64,000 bases of DNA from Eledone cirrhosa (taxonomy: Eukaryota). Below, one piece after another: positions 56,485-64,000 of the stretch (position 1 is the stretch's first letter; each line of letters begins with the position of its first letter). A program made the translations under genes and the position numbers. Under the pieces are notes generated by a model, which saw nothing but the letters and a program-made list of their open reading frames with translations, was not told the DNA's origin and did no database searches. Location: contig OZ024740.1 of assembly GCA_964016885.1 (NCBI GenBank), positions 270,320,001 through 270,384,000 on the forward strand. The letters run 5' to 3'.

Positions 56485-58933
56485 ATATATTAAGAAATGG
56501 AAACTATATTTATAAAACCATATTTATTTCATTATACATATTTCAGGGACACCAAGTTAAATTATGGTGTGCTTTCATCAGATAAAATATAAAATAGTGC
56601 AGTTTGATAAATAAATATTGACATACCCTTAAAGAATGCGACCATTTCTGTTGGAAGTTCCCGGATAGTGGGATTATAAAATTATTTATATGAAACCTAA
56701 AATTAATATGAAGGATCACAAAAGGAACTTTGAAACTGATTTACCAGTCAGATTAATTGCACTATCTAAATCAGACCTTGGCAGACTTAGCAAGAATATT
56801 TTAGTCAGAATAATACCACAAATTAAGGAATTATCTTATTTAAAATTATGGAAAGGAACTGGTGAAGTTATCGATTAGCTTAAGGAAATTATATATAACT
56901 ATAATAATAAATTTATTCAATTGGATATTGCAAATTTTTACTCATCCATCATTCCTAATCTACTTAATAAAGCACTAACATAAGCATTTAAATATACAGA
57001 CTTAACTAGTAATGAAATGCACAGTATATTATCGGCAGAGAAAACATTAATAGAATTTAATAACCAACTCTGGACTAGAGCAGATAGAAATAATAACTTT
57101 GATATAACTATGGGATCATCCAATTCCGCTCAGGTAACGGATCTTGTGGGCCTCTTTATAAATAATTCTCTACATAGGAAAATACCTGAGATGACCGGAG
57201 GTTTATATCGTGACGACATGCTTTTGCTTATCGAAAATAATAACTGTGAATTAAATAGGAAAAAAAAGAAATTATACAATCCTTTAATTACCTTAATCTA
57301 AAAGTAGAAATAGAGAATAACCATAAAATAGTTAACATATGTCTTCATTATCCATTTCACAAACTAAACGAGAACTTAAACTACGTTAATTTTAACTCTA
57401 ATCACCCCAGATCCGTTAAAAATACTATAGTGAATTCTGTACAGCAACGTATTTCTAGAATTTCAGCTAATTAGAATATATTTGATGATAAAGCACATTA
57501 TTACAACGAAGCGTTAGGTAGAGCTGGGTATAGAAATAAAATTAAATACATTGATAATAATAATATGACAACAAACCATAATCTTAACAATTTTAACAAT
57601 TTTAACAATTTTAACAACTATAATAGAAAACCTTACAATAATTCAGAAAACAAAAAAAGAAATAGTACTAGGAATATATTATGGTTCGCTCCTCCTTTCT
57701 CATTAAATATTAAAACCCCTATTGCTAAACTATTCTTTAAAGCTCTTGACAAATGCTTCCCTAGAACACATAGATATTACTCAATTTTTAATAGACATAC
57801 TATAAAATTAACTTATTCATCCACCAAAAAATTAGCGCAAAATATTAATAGAATAATAATAGAAATTTAAAACCTAACCAAAATACCACTAATAACCCCA
57901 GCAATTTCCAATTTGATAAATGTAACTGTAGAAATAAATCTAACTGTCCGTTAAATAACAATTGCTTAGCTAAAAATATAGTATATAATTGTAATGTAAA
58001 AACTAATTTAAATTCATTTAATTATGTTGGATCTACTTCCACAGATTTTAAATCCCGTTTCAATAACCATAAAAACTCTTTTACACATCTAAACAAAAAA
58101 TCTTCAAATTCTCTATCTAGTTTATTATGGGACCTCAAATTAAAGAACGTCAAATATTCGTTGCTTTGGAATATTATTTCAAAAGCTACTCCTTTTAACT
58201 CCTCTTCCGAAAATTGTGATCTTTGTATAGAGGAAATATTCTTTATATTAAAGAGCAAAAATTCCCTGAACCTAAGGAACAATTTATTCAGTTGCTGCAG
58301 ACATAGATTGAACTCAACGTTTAAATATAAATTTAAAATGTAATATATAATTAATTAATTAATTCTATTAATATATTGAACCTATCGATAAATCATTAGA
58401 TTCCTTCATTTGACTGCTTAATCTCTCAAGTTAAAATTTTTTTTTCCTAAATATAAATAAAAATAAAAAATTCTTCTAGAGAAACATACTGAAAGCTCTT
58501 AAAAGGGGAAATATTTTATTTGAAAGTTTCTCTTTTGAAAGTTTCTCTTTTGAAAGTTTCTCTTTCTTTTTCTTATGGCTATAAAATTAAGTTAAACATA
58601 CCGTGAACTAAATATTATATAGAAAATTTAAATTTTTATACTGAATCTATTAAACATATTCTTATTTTCAAAATTATAACTTGAAATATTCTATAATATT
58701 TTTTTGATTATATTGATTTTTTTTTTAAGATTATATTGATTTAAAGTTATATTGTTTATAATTATATTTCCAAATCGTAATGTAAATCATTTTTATTTTT
58801 TATTTTATTTTATTTTATTTTATTTTATTTTATTTTATTTTATTTTATTTTATTTTATTTTATATTATATATATTATGTACTTCAATTATACTATGTACT
58901 GTATTTATATATATATCTCTCTCTATATGTATG

Positions 58934-58970
<37 letters not shown>

Positions 58971-60312
58971 GTGTATGTATGTATATATATATGTGTGATG
59001 CATATCTACCTATATGTGTAAGTACGTCTATGTGTATCTATGTGGGGATTGTGTGTATATATATATGCATTCAATTCGAATGCACTCGTTTATAAGGATT
59101 TTCTTAAGGTTCGTGATAAACAAACTTATATAATCACAGTCACAACTTTATAACAGGTGGTTTTATTAGATATAAAACATATATTAAAATAAATTTGTAT
59201 AATAACATAAGATTTGTATAACCTAAAATTTCCTTTACTATCTTTACATTTGTAACATTTAATATAAGTAAATAACTTAATTTCCTTCACGCTGTTTCGA
59301 TATTACATAGAAATGATTTTCTCTATTTTTTCTAAGATTTTCTCCGAAAAATCTATTAGTTTATGAAAATTCCTATATCTTAAATTAAAAAAACCTTTAT
59401 TATTTGTATGTATATGTATCTATATGTAGGTATATGTATATATATTTATATGTATATATATCTGTGTGTGCGTATGTATATATATGAATATAATCTTTTA
59501 ATAATATATAGATTTTTTAATAATATATTGTCTTAATAATATATAGATTTCGTAATTATATATAGATCTCAATTTTTTAATGTATAGATCTCAATAATCT
59601 AATTCATAAACTAAACATTTAATCATATTTAAACAATGGTTAAATTCTCCTATTATTTATGTATTTTCCATTCACGCTTATTTAAACTTGTCTACTCATC
59701 CATTAAATATTTATTCTTTCACTTCATCTCAAAAGTTAAGCTAATACAACAACCTATCACTTAGAGCTTTCGCTTTCTCGTTTCTTTTTTGTTTTTTCTT
59801 TCTTCATTTTTCTTCTCTTTCTCCTTTTCTTATTTTTCTTATTTTCCACTTAGAGTTGGCTCATGTTTTCTCTTTTTTCTCTTTTTTCTCTTTTTTCTCT
59901 TTTTTCTCTTTTTTCTATCTTTCTTTTGTTTTTCTCTCTCTCTTTCTCCATAACCCAACGGCTTATTTAAATCTACTCTGATTTAAAAATATCCGAAACT
60001 AATTTACATAATAGTATAAATAATTTATAATCCCACTATCCGGGAGCTTTCAACAGAAATGGTCGCATTCTTTAAGGGTATGTCAATATTTATTTATAAA
60101 ACTGTTCTATATTATATTTTATCTAATAAAAGCACACCATATTTAACTTGGTGTCCTTGAAATATGTATAATGAAATAAATATGGTTTTTTAAATGTAGT
60201 TACCATTTGTTAATATATTGTATTTTTACTCCAATAATTTGTTGAGTGCTTTATATCAGTTATAAAAACATTTTCTTGTTGTATCCCAACAATTTAAATA
60301 GAACTTCTACAT
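56485..60312 (+). mobile_element. Penelope-like element with inverted 5' pLTR
   Basis: KPKINMKDHK...PVRLIALSKSDLGRLSK, FDITMGSSNSAQVTDLVG, GGLYRDD, WFAPPFS, CPLNNNCL, YVGSTSTDFKSRFNNH, CDLCIEE...CCRH. 56485-56684 is the reverse complement of about 60021-60222. Confidence 0.92.
56526..56588 (-). ncRNA. Type I hammerhead in the inverted pLTR (sense copy at 60116-60177 has a dead CTAATAA core)
   Basis: attttat-CTGATGA-aagc acacca...tggtgt ccct-GAAA-tatgta-TA-atgaaat. Confidence 0.8.
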
Positions 60313-60339
60313 ATATATAATATATATATATATATATAT

Positions 60340-60830
60340 AATTGTTTCTATTTTAGGCACAAGGCCAGCAATTACCCACTGCATTACTGGTACATTATTT
60401 TATAGACCCCGTAAGGATGAAAGGCAAAATCAACCTCGGCGGGATTTGAACTCAGATCGTAAAGGGACGTAACTATGCTGGAAAGCATAGCGTCCGACCT
60501 ATAAATAATATATATATATAATATATATATATATAATATATATATATATATTATATATATAATATATATAATATAATATATATAAAATATAAATATATAT
60601 AAGATATGTAATATATGTATAACATATAAATATAATATATATATAATTGTTTCTACATTTGGCACAAGGCCAGCAATTATCCAGTGCATTACTGATACTT
60701 TATTTTATCGACCCCGTAAGGATGAAAGGCAAAGTTAACCTCGGCAGTATTTGAACTCAGATCGTAAGAAGACGTAACTATGCTGGAAAGCATGTCCGAC
60801 CCTCTACCGATACTGCCAATTCACCGCCGT
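60340..60830 (-). mobile_element. Two tandem SINE family 1 copies (60340-60500 partial; 60645-60830)
   Basis: Family consensus matches separated by an AT spacer. Confidence 0.88.
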
Positions 60831-61365
60831 CATAAAATAATATATATAATATATATAAATATAATATATACATATATAATATATAATATATATATATATA
60901 ATATATATATAATATATATATAATATATGTATATATATAATATATATATATTATATATATAATATATATAATATATATATATATATATATAAAATAGATA
61001 TAATATATATATATATAATATATAATATATAATATATATAATATATATATTATATATATATATATAATATATATTATATATATATAGATAATATATATAT
61101 ATATAATATATATATAATATATAATATATATAATATATATATATATACAATATATATATATATATAATATATATATATATATAATATATATATATATAAT
61201 ATATATATATAATATATAATATATATAATATATATATATAATATATAATATATATAATATATATATATATACAATATATATATATAAATATATAATATAT
61301 ATAATATATATATATATATAATATATATATATAATATATATAATATATATATATATACAATATAT

Positions 61366-61399
<34 letters not shown>

Positions 61400-62323
61400 A
61401 TATATATATATATAATATATATATATAATATATATAATATATATATATATACAATATATATATATATATAATATATATATATATATAACATATATAATAT
61501 ATATAATATATATATATATAATATATATATATATAATATATATATATATAATATATATATATATATAATATATATAATATATATAATATATATATATATA
61601 ATATATATATAAATAATATATATATATATAATATATAATATATATATATAATATATATATAGAGATAATATATAATATATATATATATAATATATATAAT
61701 ATATATATAATATATATATATAATATATTTATAGAGATAATATATAATATATATATATATAATATATATAATATATATATAATATATATATATAATATAT
61801 ATATATAATATATATATATATATAATATATATATATATACAATATATACAATATATATATATATAATATATATATATATATAATATATATAATATATATA
61901 TATAACATATATAATATATATAATATATATATATATAATATATATATATATATAATATATATATATATAATATATAATATATATATATAATATATATAGA
62001 GAGATAATATATAATATATATATATATAATATATATAATATATATATAATATATATATAAAATATATATATATAATATATATATATATAATATATATATA
62101 TAATATATATATATATAATATATATATAATATATATATATATAATATATATATATATAATATATATATAATATATATATATAATATATATATATGTATAA
62201 TATATATATATGTATAATATATATATAATATATATATATATAATATATATATATATATATAATATATATATATATATATAATATATATATATATATATAA
62301 TATATATATATAATATATATATT

Positions 62324-64000
62324 ACTCTTTTACTCTTTTACTCTTTTACCTGTTTCAGCCATCCGGCTGAGGCCATGCTGGGGCACCGCCCTTGTTGCTA
62401 CACATTTTATCTCCAGCCTGTATAGGTTGGCCACTGGTGTAGGAGGGAGTTTGTTGCTGCTGCCCTTAGGTTTCCCTCGTGTCTTGCTGTGGGCTCATCC
62501 GGGATCCTGGATAACAAGGTGTCGAGATGTTTCTTAAAGACATCCACCTCCACGTCATGCAAGTCTCGCAGATGCCTCGGCAGCCTGTTGAAGAGTTGAG
62601 GGCCCTTGAATCCCAGGCTATTGCAATACCTGCTCCTTATTCTAGATGTGGAAGACGGGACCTTTGGCACCACACAGTGACGTCCTGTTCGACGGTTGGT
62701 CCAGCTCCCAATGCCAAAGTTTGGTGCTAGTCCCACCAGGATTTTCCACATGTAGATCACTGCGTATCTCTCCCGTCTTCGCTCCAAGGAGTAGAGGTTC
62801 AGTTCCTTCAGCCTCTCCCAGTAGCTTGTCTCCCTCATCTTGGCAATCCTCTTGGTGTAGCTTCGCTGGATTGCCTCAAGCTCCGTGGTTAGTTTGACAC
62901 TATGGGGTGACCACAGCTGGGAGCAGTAGTCCAGGCGGCTTACGACAAAAGTCCTCCACAGTGTCAACATGGTGTCTCGATCTCTTGTAAGGAAAGTCCT
63001 CAAGATCCAGCCAGCGAATCGTCTACATGCTGTCGCCACCTTCATGATGTGTGAAGAAAAAGATGCATCATCGCTCATGTCTATGCCCAGGTCTCGTATC
63101 GATTTTGACACGGGGATATCGGTCCCTCCTGGTCCTGTGTAGCTGTGTTCCGCTATATTTGTGTTTGTGCTTGCAGGTTTGTATTGTAGGGCTTGGAATT
63201 TGCCAGCATTAAACTGCATGTTGTTTTCTTCCGCCCATCTGTATATGGCATCCAGATCCTGCTGTAAGAGGGCAGCGTCAGCCGGGTTTTTGATTGCCTG
63301 TGCTACCTTAGTGTCATCAGCATAGCTAGTGAGGGATGTTGTTGCATGCACCACAGAGGGCATGTCCGAGAGAGCCACCAAAAACAGTAGTGGTCCCAGG
63401 ACTGTCCCCTGAGGCACCCCACTTGTTATCGGTGTTTCCCTCTAGAGGGCCCCATTTGCTGCGACTGCCTGGCTTCTGTCCCTTAGGAAGCCATGCAGCC
63501 ACTCACCTACTTTTCCAGTTATGCCGAGTCCGTGTAGTTTGTGACATATGATTCCACGGTCGACCTTGTCAAAGGCCTTCGCAAAGTCAAGATATATCAC
63601 GTCTACATGTGAGCTGTCTAGTAGTTGTCTCAGTACCCAGTCGTAGTGATGTAGCAGCTGTGTAAGGCAGCTTCTTCCTGGGCGGAAGCCATGTTGCGTG
63701 CTAGTCAGGCGGTCATTTTCTTCGAGGAAAGTGATTAGTTTCTTTCTGACGACTCGCTCCATGACCTTACTGATATGCGACGTCAGGGAGACTGGCCTAT
63801 AGTTCTTGGCCTCCGCTCTACTACCTCCTTTATGGATAGGGCATATCGTGCCTTCTTTCAGCTCCCTGGGTAGTACACCGCTAGCCAAGGAGCTTCTGAA
63901 GAGCATCTTCAGTGGAGTTGCTAAGGCCCGCTTACATATTTTTAGGAGAACTGCTGGGAATCCATCAGGTCCAGCAGCCGAGTCTGTTCTAATTTCATTA
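62324..64000 (-). mobile_element. Young CR1-group LINE, 3' part (RT to tail), running off the window
   Basis: NYRPVSLTS, QHGFRPGRSC, YLDFAKAFDKV, SGVPQGTVLGPLLF, YADDTK, LYSLERRRER. One in-frame TAG at 63442-63444; ORF stop at 62407; (GTAAAAGA)n tail. Confidence 0.93.

Overview
AT-rich, repeat-dominated eukaryotic DNA. The SINE/LINE families resemble those I recognise from octopus genomes (an inference, not checked). There is no confidently identifiable host gene, only one weak candidate exon. Contents: (i) a decayed near-full-length L1/Tx1-type LINE sitting in the (TATC)n tail of a second copy; (ii) about 20 copies of one tRNA-derived SINE, several with 17-21 bp TSDs that start ATTAT; (iii) two MITEs, an R4/Dong remnant and a young CR1-group LINE at the right edge; (iv) from about 18.7 kb onward, a dense nest of Penelope-like elements (PLEs, RT + GIY-YIG) and their pseudo-LTRs inserted in (TA)n tracts. 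The most striking feature was found by eye: about 25 type I hammerhead ribozyme (HHR) motifs from at least 12 sequence families on both strands. About 10 have a canonical core and paired stems. Most have a minimal palindromic stem III, and several families carry non-canonical cores (U3-A8 compensatory, U4C, U4A). One non-coding 406-458 bp unit with one HHR per unit occurs in tandem and fold-back arrays in three diverged subfamilies, i.e. a candidate retrozyme/circRNA family. Coordinates were counted by hand; element boundaries are approximate.
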